DNA of 46,735 nt from an uncultured Clostridia bacterium (GCA_947599995.1 CANQFW010000002.1:1-46735), one strand, 5' to 3'. Counted from the first letter of the stretch, positions 1 to 10,406 are shown. A program made the numbers and translations. Notes: generated from the letters alone by a model not told the origin.

Positions 1-91
1 ATTTTGACTATATTTTAAGCATAATATTTATATAAATTAATCCTCTTGACATATATGTTATAATTAAAAAGAAACTTAAGGAGAGTATATT

Positions 92-1948
92 ATGGCATTT
101 GATGGAATTGTTACAAAATCTATTTGTAAAGAATTAAAAAATATAATTGGATATAAAGTCGACAAAGTTTACGAGCCGGATCAAAACACTATTATTTTGG
201 GATTATATAAAAAATCTTCCAAACTAAATCTTCTTTCTTGCATATCAGCTGTCAACTGTCGAATTCATTTAACTAAGCATGAATATAAGAATCCCAGTGT
301 AGCACCTAATTTTTGTATGCTTTTAAGGAAACATCTTATTGGATTTAAAATTAAGGACATTTACTGTAAAGGGTTAGAACGCGTCTGCTTTATCAATTTT
401 GAAAATTTAGATAATCCTGATAAACCCATAAATAAGAAACTTATTATAGAACTTATGGGAAAACATGGTAATATTATTTTAACTGATTCGAACGAAATTG
501 TAATAGATAGTATAAGACATACTTCAACTTTTGATAATTCTCTAAGAGATATATACCCTACATGCAAATATATTTTTCCAAAATCCAATAAGTTTAGTTT
601 TCTTGAATTGGCAGGAGCCGATGAATTCTATGATAAAATAGAACCTTTACTTACAAACGAAATATCAAATAAAATAAAATTATTATCTACTAGTGAAATC
701 TTAAGTAAACCTGAATCTCTTCTTTTAAACAAAAAGAATTGTCTTGAAGGTGATTTTAATTTTAAAATTTGCGATTTTAATATTGAAAAAATAGTTTCTA
801 ACACTTTTAATGGAATTAGTAGTACTTTTGTAGAAAGTATTATTAACGAATATGGAGATTCGAATTTATCTAAAGATTTAATACTTAAAATTTATTATGA
901 CATTTTATCTATAATAAACAGTAACTCTTTAGAGTTTAAGACAATATTTGTAAACGACGTAAAAAAGGATTATTTTTTGAAAGTTGCATCTATTGATAAT
1001 TCAGAATATCTATATCCACTTAGTTACTATTTAGATGAATTCTACTACCATAAAGAAAATAATGAGATTTTTAAGAATTATAGAAATAATATCTTACATC
1101 TAATTTTGCTTACACTAAAAAAATATGAAAAAAGACTTTTAAATATTGATGCCAAACTTTCTGAGTGTCAAAATATGGATAAATTCAAGCTTTATGGTGA
1201 ACTTATTACTGCAAATTTATATAAAATTTCAAATCAAAATATGTCTGAAATTGAACTTGAAAATTACTATGATAATAATAATTTAATAAAAATTCCTTTA
1301 GATAAAAGGTTCTCTGCAAACTATAACGCCAGAAAATATTTCAAAAAATATAATAAATTAAAAAATGCTTTAGAGATTGTGACTGTTCAAAAAAAAGAAA
1401 CTATTAGCGACTTAAATTATTTAGAAAGTATTGTGTACGAACTAGAAAGTTGTACAAACTTAGAAAGCGTTCAAGAAATTTATTTAGAAATATGTGAAAG
1501 TCCTTTATTTGCTGATAATGTAAAAAATAAATTTAATAAAAATTCCCCTTCCAAAAAGCATAATGCAAAAAAACAAAAAAGACTTACTACGAACAAACAA
1601 GTATCATTTAATCCCTTAAAATTCAAGTTTAAAGGTTACACTATTTTGGTAGGTAGAAATAACAAAGAAAATGATTATTTAACCTTAAAATATGCCAGTA
1701 AAAGTGATATTTGGTTTCATACGAAAGATATTCATGGAAGCCATGTTATTTTAAGACTTGAAAATAATAAATCCGCTTCTGATGACGTTCTGTATGAAGC
1801 CGCAAAACTTGCAGTTTTACACAGCAGAGCAAAAAATTCTACTAATGTTCCAGTAGATTATTGCCAAGTGTGTTATGTCAGAAAACCACATGGTAGTAAA
1901 CCAGGAATGGTTATTTACTCTGATAATAAAACTATTTTTGTAAAATAA
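92..1948 (+). CDS. rqcH: RqcH / NFACT-family ribosome quality-control protein (FbpA-like, DUF814)
   Basis: 618-aa ORF with AAGGAG 6 nt upstream of the ATG. It has an NFACT-N-like N-terminus, a coiled-coil middle and a C-terminal DUF814/NFACT-R signature GYTILVGRNNKENDYLT..DIWFHTKDIHGSHVIL. Confidence 0.8.
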   Translation: MAFDGIVTKSICKELKNIIGYKVDKVYEPDQNTIILGLYKKSSKLNLLSCISAVNCRIHLTKHEYKNPSVAPNFCMLLRKHLIGFKIKDIYCKGLERVCFINFENLDNPDKPINKKLIIELMGKHGNIILTDSNEIVIDSIRHTSTFDNSLRDIYPTCKYIFPKSNKFSFLELAGADEFYDKIEPLLTNEISNKIKLLSTSEILSKPESLLLNKKNCLEGDFNFKICDFNIEKIVSNTFNGISSTFVESIINEYGDSNLSKDLILKIYYDILSIINSNSLEFKTIFVNDVKKDYFLKVASIDNSEYLYPLSYYLDEFYYHKENNEIFKNYRNNILHLILLTLKKYEKRLLNIDAKLSECQNMDKFKLYGELITANLYKISNQNMSEIELENYYDNNNLIKIPLDKRFSANYNARKYFKKYNKLKNALEIVTVQKKETISDLNYLESIVYELESCTNLESVQEIYLEICESPLFADNVKNKFNKNSPSKKHNAKKQKRLTTNKQVSFNPLKFKFKGYTILVGRNNKENDYLTLKYASKSDIWFHTKDIHGSHVILRLENNKSASDDVLYEAAKLAVLHSRAKNSTNVPVDYCQVCYVRKPHGSKPGMVIYSDNKTIFVK

Positions 1949-1968
1949 CTATTATATCTACTTAATTA

Positions 1969-1999
1969 GAAAATCCAGTTTATAACAAACTGGATTTTC
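1969..1999. terminator. Bidirectional intrinsic terminator between convergent rqcH and the KAP NTPase gene
   Basis: 13-bp perfect stem GAAAATCCAGTTT / AAACTGGATTTTC with a 5-nt loop, flanked by A/T runs on both sides. Confidence 0.7.
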
Positions 2000-2007
2000 T
2001 ATATATC

Positions 2008-3969
2008 TTAAATTACTTTTTCCAAAATATTCATAAGAGAATTTGAAAATTCTTGTAAAACTACTATTTTGATAGTATTCTCTTTTCCTCTTATATAATC
2101 ATCTATTGTTTGCTTTAAAACTTTTAAGTTTTTAATCTCTGGCGCTAGCTCTTTTGGATGCAATTCATATCTTTTTTCTAACCTATCTTTTATTATCATT
2201 ATATCTTCATTGCTTGCACACGATATTCTTTGAAATACCTGATAAGGGTCATAATATGCAAGAATAGGTATGTCCATACATTCTTTGTCAAACTTTGAAT
2301 AAAAATTTTCCATTTTCATTGGTATATTTTTAAACGTCTCCTCTGCTTTTTCCTTATATGATTTTTCTAACAATTGATTGTTTAGGGACTTAAAGTGATT
2401 TAAGATATCTTCCATATCTGTTGTAAAAAATTCCTTTATTGCAATTTTTGCAAGCTCTTCTTCTACATTATCACAATAGCTAGAATGAAGGCTAGCTAAG
2501 TTCATTCCATTTATAAACATACTTTTTAAATTTTTTAAATCATAACTTATAAGGTCTTTTTTTATAAAATGGATATAATATGCAAAAAGTTTTACCATAT
2601 CTATTAGCTCCATCTCGCCTTTCTTTACATCCTCTAGCGCTTCATTTACAATAATAAAAAACTTGTCATCTTGTATCTTCCAATATTCTTGTGTTAAGAT
2701 TTGTTTGTATGCTGGAATTTCTTTTGCATTTAATGATTTTTCTATTTCTTCCATATCTGTCTTAAAAATTTTCATGTCAAAAATCCTTGTTCGAATATAG
2801 TATTCTATAAATTTAAAGAATCTATATTCTGCTTTAAAGTTGTAATAATAGTTACTGTCAAATTCTTTTATATAAAATTGCCTATTATCCATAAGTACTC
2901 TTGATGAAACCAATATTGATTTATATTCTTCATTGTTTTCAATGTTTTTAAATTTTTCTTTCGTTATTTTGCCCGCTTTTATTTCAAATGACATTGCAAT
3001 TGTAAAAATAAGCATAGTTTTCATTACTAAATGATTTGTGTTTGGATAAAACTTATTTACCATTTCATAAATTTTACTAAAATCATTTAGTGCATGTTTT
3101 AGTATACGTAGATTTCTTGTTCCACTTTTTTTGAATGTACTCATTATTAAAATTGTATTTTCTCTTAAGAACTTCATAAGGTCTCTGTTTGACTCGTATC
3201 TCATAAGTATACCGTTTATTATATAATCAAATTGTGGCGCATATTCAAAAGTTTCTCCTACTAGTTTTTCTTTTATTCTTTCATAATCGTTTGCCTTATC
3301 GAATACATGCTCTATTTTTTCTTGAATTTTCTCAACCATTGGCATATCATTTTCAGTTCTGTTTAATTCTCCCTGTTTATCTAATAGATATGTGGCTATA
3401 AATGTTTTCATTTCTAAATTACTACTTTTTATTTTTGTTGATAGTTCTTTTTCATTACATATTATAATTGTTTTTATATGATCATGCTCTACAAAATTAT
3501 TTATATACCCTAAAATATCTATTACGTCAACATTCGCTCTTTCTAAGTCATCAAAGCATAAAACCTTGTCGTCCGTAGAAAAAAATTCTTCATAATTCAC
3601 TTTATTTCCTGGTGCTTTCGCTCCAAAAAAATTTGCCATATCTATTCCTGTTTTTGCATATTCCGGGATTGTAATCTGACCGTGTGTGTTCATGAACTTT
3701 CTTAGGTCTCTATCCATTAATTGACTTGTCTCCATAAAGATTTTTTTACTTATTTCTTCTAGATTAGAAATTCCATATAAAGACATATATATAGTTGTAT
3801 AGTTTTTCCCATTAAGCTTCATTGTGTCTATTTTTTTCTTTATTTGGTTATTCCAGAAATATGTTTTTCCTGATCCCCATTCACCGTTTATCATTATTGC
3901 ATAATCTGTATAATCAGACCTTATATAGTCTAGTATACTTTCTACTAATTCTTCCATTTTTCTTATCAT
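2008..3969 (-). CDS. KAP-family P-loop NTPase
   Basis: 653-aa ORF with Walker A INGEWGSGKTYFW near the N-terminus and Walker B-like VLCFDDLERA. The long helical C-terminal region is typical of KAP NTPases. No obvious inserted TM pair. Confidence 0.7.
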   Translation of the reverse strand: MIRKMEELVESILDYIRSDYTDYAIMINGEWGSGKTYFWNNQIKKKIDTMKLNGKNYTTIYMSLYGISNLEEISKKIFMETSQLMDRDLRKFMNTHGQITIPEYAKTGIDMANFFGAKAPGNKVNYEEFFSTDDKVLCFDDLERANVDVIDILGYINNFVEHDHIKTIIICNEKELSTKIKSSNLEMKTFIATYLLDKQGELNRTENDMPMVEKIQEKIEHVFDKANDYERIKEKLVGETFEYAPQFDYIINGILMRYESNRDLMKFLRENTILIMSTFKKSGTRNLRILKHALNDFSKIYEMVNKFYPNTNHLVMKTMLIFTIAMSFEIKAGKITKEKFKNIENNEEYKSILVSSRVLMDNRQFYIKEFDSNYYYNFKAEYRFFKFIEYYIRTRIFDMKIFKTDMEEIEKSLNAKEIPAYKQILTQEYWKIQDDKFFIIVNEALEDVKKGEMELIDMVKLFAYYIHFIKKDLISYDLKNLKSMFINGMNLASLHSSYCDNVEEELAKIAIKEFFTTDMEDILNHFKSLNNQLLEKSYKEKAEETFKNIPMKMENFYSKFDKECMDIPILAYYDPYQVFQRISCASNEDIMIIKDRLEKRYELHPKELAPEIKNLKVLKQTIDDYIRGKENTIKIVVLQEFSNSLMNILEKVI

Positions 3970-3972
3970 ATG

Positions 3973-3993
3973 TTAGTTTAACAAATCTAACAT
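3973..3993 (-). promoter_or_regulatory. 6-codon upstream mini-ORF (MLDLLN*) with a strong SD, ending 3 nt before the KAP NTPase ATG
   Basis: Minus strand reads AAGAGGAGGAAA ATG TTA GAT TTG TTA AAC TAA CAT ATG ATA AGA. The only good SD serves the mini-ORF and the KAP ATG itself has none. Confidence 0.35.
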
Positions 3994-4024
3994 TTTCCTC
4001 CTCTTGTTATATTTTTAATTCTTA

Positions 4025-4693
4025 TTAATCTTTAGCTATAGTAAATACTCCAACTTCTTTAACTCCTGCTTCTATTAAAACCCTTGCACACTCATTGCAA
4101 GTAGCTCCAGTTGTATACACATCATCTAATAAAAGAATCTTTTTATTTATTATTTTGTAATTTTCTTTTACAATATATACATTTTTGGCATTTAAAGTTC
4201 TTTGTTTCTGACTTAATGTACTTTGCCTCTTGTTATCTATTATTTTTATTAATACGTTTGATGCATATTCTAAACCGAAGTCCTTTGCTAAATCTTTTGC
4301 AAGTAAATCTGATTGGTTGTATCCTCTATTCTTAAATCTCTTCTTACTTATTGGAACTGGCACTATTATATCATATTTTTTAAAAAACAAACCCAATTTT
4401 TCATTTTTTTCAAAAAAATTTTTAAATGTTCTGTATATATATGGTTTATTCCCAAATTTATATTGCAATATTAATTTTCTTATAACTCCCTCGTAAATGA
4501 ATCCATAAATCTGATTTTCGAAATATTCTGTTTCCGTCTTTTTTGATTGTTCTATTTCCGAATTTTCATCTCTTTTCAATACTTTATTATCTGAATTAAT
4601 AGTATAATTTGATATTGCTTCTATTTGTTTTAATTTATTCTCACATTTCTTACATAAATATTCTTTATTTGGGGCTCCACATATTGAGCACAT
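4025..4693 (-). CDS. comFC: ComF-family protein (phosphoribosyltransferase-like, ComFC)
   Basis: 222 aa. N-terminal zinc-finger CxxC..CxxC (MCSICGAP..CKKCENK) and C-terminal PRTase motif LLLDDVYTTGAT. Confidence 0.8.
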   Translation of the reverse strand: MCSICGAPNKEYLCKKCENKLKQIEAISNYTINSDNKVLKRDENSEIEQSKKTETEYFENQIYGFIYEGVIRKLILQYKFGNKPYIYRTFKNFFEKNEKLGLFFKKYDIIVPVPISKKRFKNRGYNQSDLLAKDLAKDFGLEYASNVLIKIIDNKRQSTLSQKQRTLNAKNVYIVKENYKIINKKILLLDDVYTTGATCNECARVLIEAGVKEVGVFTIAKD

Positions 4694-4784
4694 TGGCGGG
4701 TATATTATTTGTAGTATTTTTTCTATTATTTTTGATTCCCTCTTTCTTTTTTACAATTGATAATTTAGAAAATTATCACCTAAC

Positions 4785-7004
4785 TTACATCAGTCTATAT
4801 TTAAGCCCAGTATTCCTCTTTTTACTATCAACATTTTGAATCATAAATCTAATAGTTTCATCTGCACCAATTATTATTAACAGCTCTTTTGCTCTTGTTA
4901 TTCCTGTATATAGCAGATTTCTTGTAAGTAACATTGGTGCTGCCTTAGGAATGCACATTATTACAACATTGAATTCGCTTCCTTGCGCTTTATGGATGGT
5001 TACCGCATAGCTGTGTTCTATTTGTTCTAGCTCTGAAAATTCATACCATGCTACTTTATCATCATCGAATTGTATTTCTATGGCTTTATTTGGTATATCT
5101 ATTGCAATTATTGTACCTATTTCTCCATTAAATACTCCTGTTCCAGTTTCATGTTTATTTCCATATCTTTCCCAATATATGTCATAGTTATTTTTTATTT
5201 GCATTATTCTATCTCCTACCCTAAAAGTTACACTTCCTAATTTTTTTTCACTTTTTTTATTGTCTTGAGGATTTATTGCCTCTTGCAAATACATATTTAG
5301 TTCTTTAGTTCCGAGTAACCCTTTTTTGGTTGGAGTTAATACTTGTATGTCTTCTATAAAATGATAATTTCCAAACTTTTCCAATCTTCCCGTGCAAAGT
5401 GATAATATTTCACTTAATATCTTTTCTTGATTTGACTGTTTTATAAAGAAAAAGTCTTGATTAGAATCTAAATCTATTTCTTCTTTTGAAATAAACCTTT
5501 CCCCACTATTTACTCTGTGTGCATTTACAATAATTTTGCTCTTTGCTGCTTGTCTAAAAATTTTATCTAGCTTTATTGTTGTTATCTTCTCCGATTCTAT
5601 CAAGTCTTTTAAAACACTACCAGGTCCTACTGAAGAAAGTTGATCTACATCTCCTACTAGAATCAATTTACTTCCAATATAGATACTTTTTAATAAATAA
5701 TTCATTAAAAACATGTCTACCATTGATACTTCGTCTACAATGATTATATCTCCATCTATTGGTGTTCCTTGGTAATTTGATAAATTTTTATATGCATCTT
5801 CTTCGTTGATTTTGCCTATTTCTAAAAGTCGGTGAAGAGTACTTGCATTTTTTCCTGTTGTTTCTGTCATACGCTTTGCAGCTCTCCCTGTTGGAGCTGA
5901 TAGTATTATTTTTTTTCCTTTTTTCTCATAAAGTTGTATTATGCTTTTTATTATAGTTGTTTTTCCTGTACCAGGCCCTCCTGTTATTATTGTTACATTG
6001 TTTTTGTTTACAGCTTTTAACGCTTCTATTTGCTTAATTGAAAGTTTTATTTTATTGCATTTTTCTATTTTTTCTAGTTCTTCTTCTATATGTTTTATGT
6101 ATTTTTCATTTTTAGCTTCATCTAATTTTATTATCCTTGTTGCTATCTGTTGTTCTGTTTTATAAAAACCTTCTAAGTATACCCATTCTTCTGAGTCTCC
6201 TCTTTCTTCTATTACAATTTCTCCACTTGCTTTTAAATTTATTATTTCATTTTCTATTTCATTTTTTGATACTCCTAATAAATTAAAAACATATTCTTCA
6301 AGGTTCTCTAGAATAGTGCAACAATGTCCATTATATGTTATCTGAATTAGAGCATATTTGATTCCACTTTTTATTCTTTTAGAATCGTTTTTTTCAAATC
6401 CTAAGTCTAAAGCCATCTTGTCTATTTGCTTATAGTCTACTCCTCTTGATATATCCACTAAAATATAGGGATTTGCTTTTATCTCTTCCATTGAATTTAT
6501 TCCAAACTTATCATAAACCTTTTTCGCATTATCCGCACCAAGCCCAAATCTTTCTAAAAATCCTACAATTTGCCATATCTCCCAATGTTCTATGAAACTT
6601 CGCGATATTTCCTCTGCTTTTATCATAGTTATTCCTCTTATTTTAGTAAGCTCTTGAGGTTCACACTTTATTATGTGTATTGTTTCTTCTTTAAATTTTT
6701 CAACTATTTTTTTAGCAGTTCTTCTTCCTACTCCCTTTATTGTACCATTTCCTAAATATTTTTCTAATGCATCTAGTGTTTGTGGCATTAACTTCTCAAA
6801 TGTATTTACTTTAAATTGTTTTCCATATTCTTTGTGTTCTACAAAATTTCCAATTAACTTTAGTTCATCACCTTCTGTTATAAATGGTAAGTAGCCTACT
6901 ATCGTTTCAGATTGCTCGTTTGCTTCATCATAAATTTCTGCTACCGTATAGCTATTTATTTCGTTTTGGTATATTATTCCTATTATCTGTCCTCTTAGTT
7001 CCAA
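4785..7004 (-). CDS. recD2: RecD2-type SF1B ATP-dependent DNA helicase
   Basis: 739 aa with a TTG start after AGAGGAAA. Walker A ITGGPGTGKTT, Walker B IIIVDEVSMVD, and C-terminal motifs AVTIHKAQGSEF and LLYTGITRAK. Confidence 0.85.
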   Translation of the reverse strand: MELRGQIIGIIYQNEINSYTVAEIYDEANEQSETIVGYLPFITEGDELKLIGNFVEHKEYGKQFKVNTFEKLMPQTLDALEKYLGNGTIKGVGRRTAKKIVEKFKEETIHIIKCEPQELTKIRGITMIKAEEISRSFIEHWEIWQIVGFLERFGLGADNAKKVYDKFGINSMEEIKANPYILVDISRGVDYKQIDKMALDLGFEKNDSKRIKSGIKYALIQITYNGHCCTILENLEEYVFNLLGVSKNEIENEIINLKASGEIVIEERGDSEEWVYLEGFYKTEQQIATRIIKLDEAKNEKYIKHIEEELEKIEKCNKIKLSIKQIEALKAVNKNNVTIITGGPGTGKTTIIKSIIQLYEKKGKKIILSAPTGRAAKRMTETTGKNASTLHRLLEIGKINEEDAYKNLSNYQGTPIDGDIIIVDEVSMVDMFLMNYLLKSIYIGSKLILVGDVDQLSSVGPGSVLKDLIESEKITTIKLDKIFRQAAKSKIIVNAHRVNSGERFISKEEIDLDSNQDFFFIKQSNQEKILSEILSLCTGRLEKFGNYHFIEDIQVLTPTKKGLLGTKELNMYLQEAINPQDNKKSEKKLGSVTFRVGDRIMQIKNNYDIYWERYGNKHETGTGVFNGEIGTIIAIDIPNKAIEIQFDDDKVAWYEFSELEQIEHSYAVTIHKAQGSEFNVVIMCIPKAAPMLLTRNLLYTGITRAKELLIIIGADETIRFMIQNVDSKKRNTGLKYRLM

Positions 7005-7109
7005 TTTATTTCCTCTTTCTTTTTTGTATTATAGAATATTCCCTTCTATAAAGAAAAAGATAAACAAAATTGCTCATCTTTTCTGAAAATTAGTTTTTAC
7101 GTTTTTTGG

Positions 7110-8060
7110 TTATTTATTGGTCATTTCCTCCAAATCCAAAAGCTCCTGCCATCTTCTATCAACTTCTTTTTGGAATTCTTCAATCATCCATTCATTTCCT
7201 GGTTTAAACATATGTTTAAAACGTCTTTGTGGTCTTAGGAATTCTTGTATTGGAAGTTTTTTAGCTGGTTTATTAGTTATTTTATATTTTCCATCTACTA
7301 CTTCATATAGTGGCCAATAGCATGTTTGAACTGCTAATTTGTTTATTGTCATAAGGTCTGATGTATCATATCCCCAACCTCGTGGACATGGTGATAATAC
7401 ATTTAAGAATGTTGGTCCTTCTGTGTATATAGCTTTTTCTGCTTTCTCATATAAGTCTCTAAAATCTGCCATTGCAATTGTTTGTGCTGCATATTTTATG
7501 TGATGTGCAGCTAAAATTGTTGTTAAATCTTTTCTTGATTGCATTTTTCCTGGAATTACCGTTCCTGCTGGCGATGTTGTTGTGTCAGCAAATTTTGGTG
7601 TTGCAGATGAACGTTGGATTCCTGTATTCATGTATGCACCATTATCATAGCATACATATGTTAAATCATGTCCTCTTTCCATTGCTCCTGATAAACTTTG
7701 AAGTCCAATGTCATATGTTCCTCCGTCTCCTCCAAAAGCAATAAATTTTGTTGTTTTGTCATTTGGTAATTTTCCCTGTTTTTTTAGTGATTTATATGCA
7801 GCTTCGGCTCCTGATAATGTTGATGAAGCACATTCAAATGCTGAGTGAATAAAAGAATCTGTCCAAGATGTATATGGGTATGTAAACGTTGAAACTTCCA
7901 TACATCCTGTTGCGCAAGATATTACTGCATGGTCTTCTTCTTTTAAAGCTCTTAGAATGTGTCTTGCAACAACTGGAGCTCCACAACCTGCACACATTTT
8001 ATGTCCTTCTGCAAATCTTGATGGTTTATTTGCTACTACTTCTTTCATGTTATATGACAT
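7110..8060 (-). CDS. porB: 2-oxoacid:ferredoxin oxidoreductase, beta (TPP-binding) subunit. Pyruvate-type assignment is tentative.
   Basis: 316 aa with TPP-binding motif GGDGGTYDIG..YDNGAYMNTG and Cys ligands CAGCG and CATGC. The start overlaps the alpha-subunit stop. Confidence 0.75.
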   Translation of the reverse strand: MSYNMKEVVANKPSRFAEGHKMCAGCGAPVVARHILRALKEEDHAVISCATGCMEVSTFTYPYTSWTDSFIHSAFECASSTLSGAEAAYKSLKKQGKLPNDKTTKFIAFGGDGGTYDIGLQSLSGAMERGHDLTYVCYDNGAYMNTGIQRSSATPKFADTTTSPAGTVIPGKMQSRKDLTTILAAHHIKYAAQTIAMADFRDLYEKAEKAIYTEGPTFLNVLSPCPRGWGYDTSDLMTINKLAVQTCYWPLYEVVDGKYKITNKPAKKLPIQEFLRPQRRFKHMFKPGNEWMIEEFQKEVDRRWQELLDLEEMTNK

Positions 8061-9259
8061 TATTCATTCGCCTCCCTTGTTCTTAGTCCTAAATATCTAT
8101 ATGGGTTTTGTATCTTTCCGCCACTTGTTACTATTTTTTTCAAATCCTCATATACTGATTCAATTTGCTCAGCTGGTACATCTCTACCACCAATTCCGTA
8201 AATATAGCTTACTGTAGGTACGTTTACATTATTAACTTGCATTCCTGATGTTACATCTGTAAATAAAGCCCCTCCTGCAGCATTTAACGAGTCTGATTTA
8301 TCTAAAATTGCAACAGCTTTTACATGTGCTAAAGAACTTGCAATCTCTTTAGCAGGGAACGGTCTATATACTCTTATTTTTAATAAACCAGCTTTAATTC
8401 CTTGCTTACGCAATTTGTCCACCACAAATTTTGTTGTTCCTGCTGTTGAATTCATACAAACAATTGCAAAATCAGCATCTTCTAATTTATATTCTTCAAA
8501 TAAACCGTATTTTCTTCCTGTCCATTCTTCAAATTGTTTTGAAACGTCTAAAATAACATCCTTTGCTTTCTTCATAGCCTCAGCTTGTTGCGCTTTGTGT
8601 TCAAACAAATAAGCTTGAAGATCTAAAGGTCCAATTGAAATAGGCTCTTTGCTATTTAATAAATAATGTTCTGGATTGTATGTTCCAACAAATTTTTTTA
8701 CTTCTGAATCTTCTTCCAAATTTATATTTTCTATTGAATGTGATGTTATAAATCCATCTTGACATACCATAAGAGGTAGTAGAACATCCTTATGTTCTGC
8801 AATTTTGTGTGCCATAAGTAAATTATCATATGCTTCTTGATTATTCTCTGAAAATAGCATAATCCATCCACTATCACGAACACCCATTGCGTCTGAATGG
8901 TCATTGTGAATGTTTAAAGGTCCTGAAACAGCTCGATTTACTAGACTCATTACTATAGGGAGTCTAAGACTCGATGCTATATAAATCATTTCCCACATGT
9001 ATGACAATCCATTTGCAGATGTAGCCGTCATAGCTCTTGCACCTGCAGCTTCTGCACCTATACACGCACTCATTGCGCTGTGTTCACTTTCAACTGCAAC
9101 GAATTCTGTATCTACAGTTCCATTTGCTACAAAGTTTGAAAAATATTGAGGAATTTCTGTTGATGGTGTAATAGGGAATGCTGCTACAACATCCGGATTT
9201 ATTTGTTTCATTGCGGTAGCTGACGCTTCATTACCGCTTAATCTTTCTCTAATACTCAT
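8060..9259 (-). CDS. porA: 2-oxoacid:ferredoxin oxidoreductase, alpha subunit
   Basis: 399 aa with a typical PorA/VorA N-terminus (GNEA.A..A....PDVVAAFPITPSTEI). Tightly packed between the delta and beta subunit genes. Confidence 0.75.
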   Translation of the reverse strand: MSIRERLSGNEASATAMKQINPDVVAAFPITPSTEIPQYFSNFVANGTVDTEFVAVESEHSAMSACIGAEAAGARAMTATSANGLSYMWEMIYIASSLRLPIVMSLVNRAVSGPLNIHNDHSDAMGVRDSGWIMLFSENNQEAYDNLLMAHKIAEHKDVLLPLMVCQDGFITSHSIENINLEEDSEVKKFVGTYNPEHYLLNSKEPISIGPLDLQAYLFEHKAQQAEAMKKAKDVILDVSKQFEEWTGRKYGLFEEYKLEDADFAIVCMNSTAGTTKFVVDKLRKQGIKAGLLKIRVYRPFPAKEIASSLAHVKAVAILDKSDSLNAAGGALFTDVTSGMQVNNVNVPTVSYIYGIGGRDVPAEQIESVYEDLKKIVTSGGKIQNPYRYLGLRTREANE

Positions 9260-9260
9260 A

Positions 9261-9563
9261 TTAATTTACACCTTCTTCCTTCATTTCTATTGCTTTAAAA
9301 GGACAAACTTTTGCGCATATTCCGCAACCTTTGCAGTAATCAAAGTTAAAGTCTCCCCTTTTTAAGGTTTCTTTTGATACTGGAATTGCGTTTTCAGGAC
9401 ATACTGGCCAGCATAGTCCGCATTGTTTACATTTATCTTCTATATAAATAGGGCAAATACTTCTCCAGTCACCTGTTTTACATTCTTTAGAATTTCCTGC
9501 ATTGTATATGTTTCCACCTATTGTTAATTCTTCCATAGGCGTATTTTTATTTATATCAGTCAT
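9261..9563 (-). CDS. porD: 2-oxoacid:ferredoxin oxidoreductase, delta subunit (2x[4Fe-4S] ferredoxin-like)
   Basis: 100 aa with two CxxCxxCxxxCP clusters (CKQCGLCWPVCP, CKGCGICAKVCP). Confidence 0.75.
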   Translation of the reverse strand: MTDINKNTPMEELTIGGNIYNAGNSKECKTGDWRSICPIYIEDKCKQCGLCWPVCPENAIPVSKETLKRGDFNFDYCKGCGICAKVCPFKAIEMKEEGVN

Positions 9564-9633
9564 ATTTTTTCCTTTCTGCCATGTGGCATTTTACTTAAAA
9601 ATAGCAAATACCTTTAGCATATCTTTTATAATA

Positions 9634-10215
9634 TTAATTAATACATTTTATTTCATTTAAAGCCATTTGAAGCGCTTTCATATTTCCTTCGATTACCTCA
9701 GGTTTTTTAGCAAATTTATGCTTAAATGATCCTTCCATATCCTTTAGAAACGCCTCATCAGACATAATATTGCTTACTTTTACAATAGCTGCTAGCATTG
9801 GAGTGTTTGGAAAATATTTTCCAAGTGTTTCCATAGAAACTTTTCTTGCATCAATTGTATAGATTTTTCCATTGTATCCATTAAGTGCGGTTTTTAAATA
9901 ATTTTCAGGTTTTGTTGTATTAATAACAATTGCGCCTTTTTCTTTAAGTCCTGCCGTTACATCAACTGACTCTAACAAAGTATCATCAATAACTACAACA
10001 TAGTCTGGATTATAAATATTACTATGTACCGTTATTGGTTCATCACTTATACGATTGTAAGCAGTAATAGGAGCTCCCATTCTTTCTGGTCCATATTCTG
10101 GAAATCCTTGAATGTACTTTCCAGTGTTGAACGCAGCATCTGCAAGCAACAATGAAGCAGTTTTTGCGCCTTGTCCGCCTCTTCCATGCCATCTAATTTC
10201 TATTAAGTTACTCAT
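9634..10215 (-). CDS. porG: 2-oxoacid:ferredoxin oxidoreductase, gamma subunit
   Basis: Motif IRWHGRGGQGAKTAS. The start is placed at the internal ATG (MSNLIEI) preceded by AAGGAGGA. The ORF track extends to 10233. Confidence 0.7.
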   Translation of the reverse strand: MSNLIEIRWHGRGGQGAKTASLLLADAAFNTGKYIQGFPEYGPERMGAPITAYNRISDEPITVHSNIYNPDYVVVIDDTLLESVDVTAGLKEKGAIVINTTKPENYLKTALNGYNGKIYTIDARKVSMETLGKYFPNTPMLAAIVKVSNIMSDEAFLKDMEGSFKHKFAKKPEVIEGNMKALQMALNEIKCIN

Positions 10216-10406
10216 AAAATCCTCCTTTAACAATTTGATAAAACAAGTATATGACTAAATTTGTTAAATGTCAATAAAAAAATAGAACGAAAAGGTTACT
10301 AATTAATGTTTTATATTTAATATTTAACATTTAACTTTATTATTAATCTAGGGACGTTTGTTGCTCTACCACATAAGGGTAAAAACGAAACGTCCCCAAA
10401 ATACCA

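Noticed and set aside
46-64. TTGACA at 46..51 upstream of rqcH as a promoter -35 element
   Set aside because: The nearest TATAAT (59..64) is only 7 nt away, and no -10 lies at 16-18 nt spacing, so I cannot support a promoter call.
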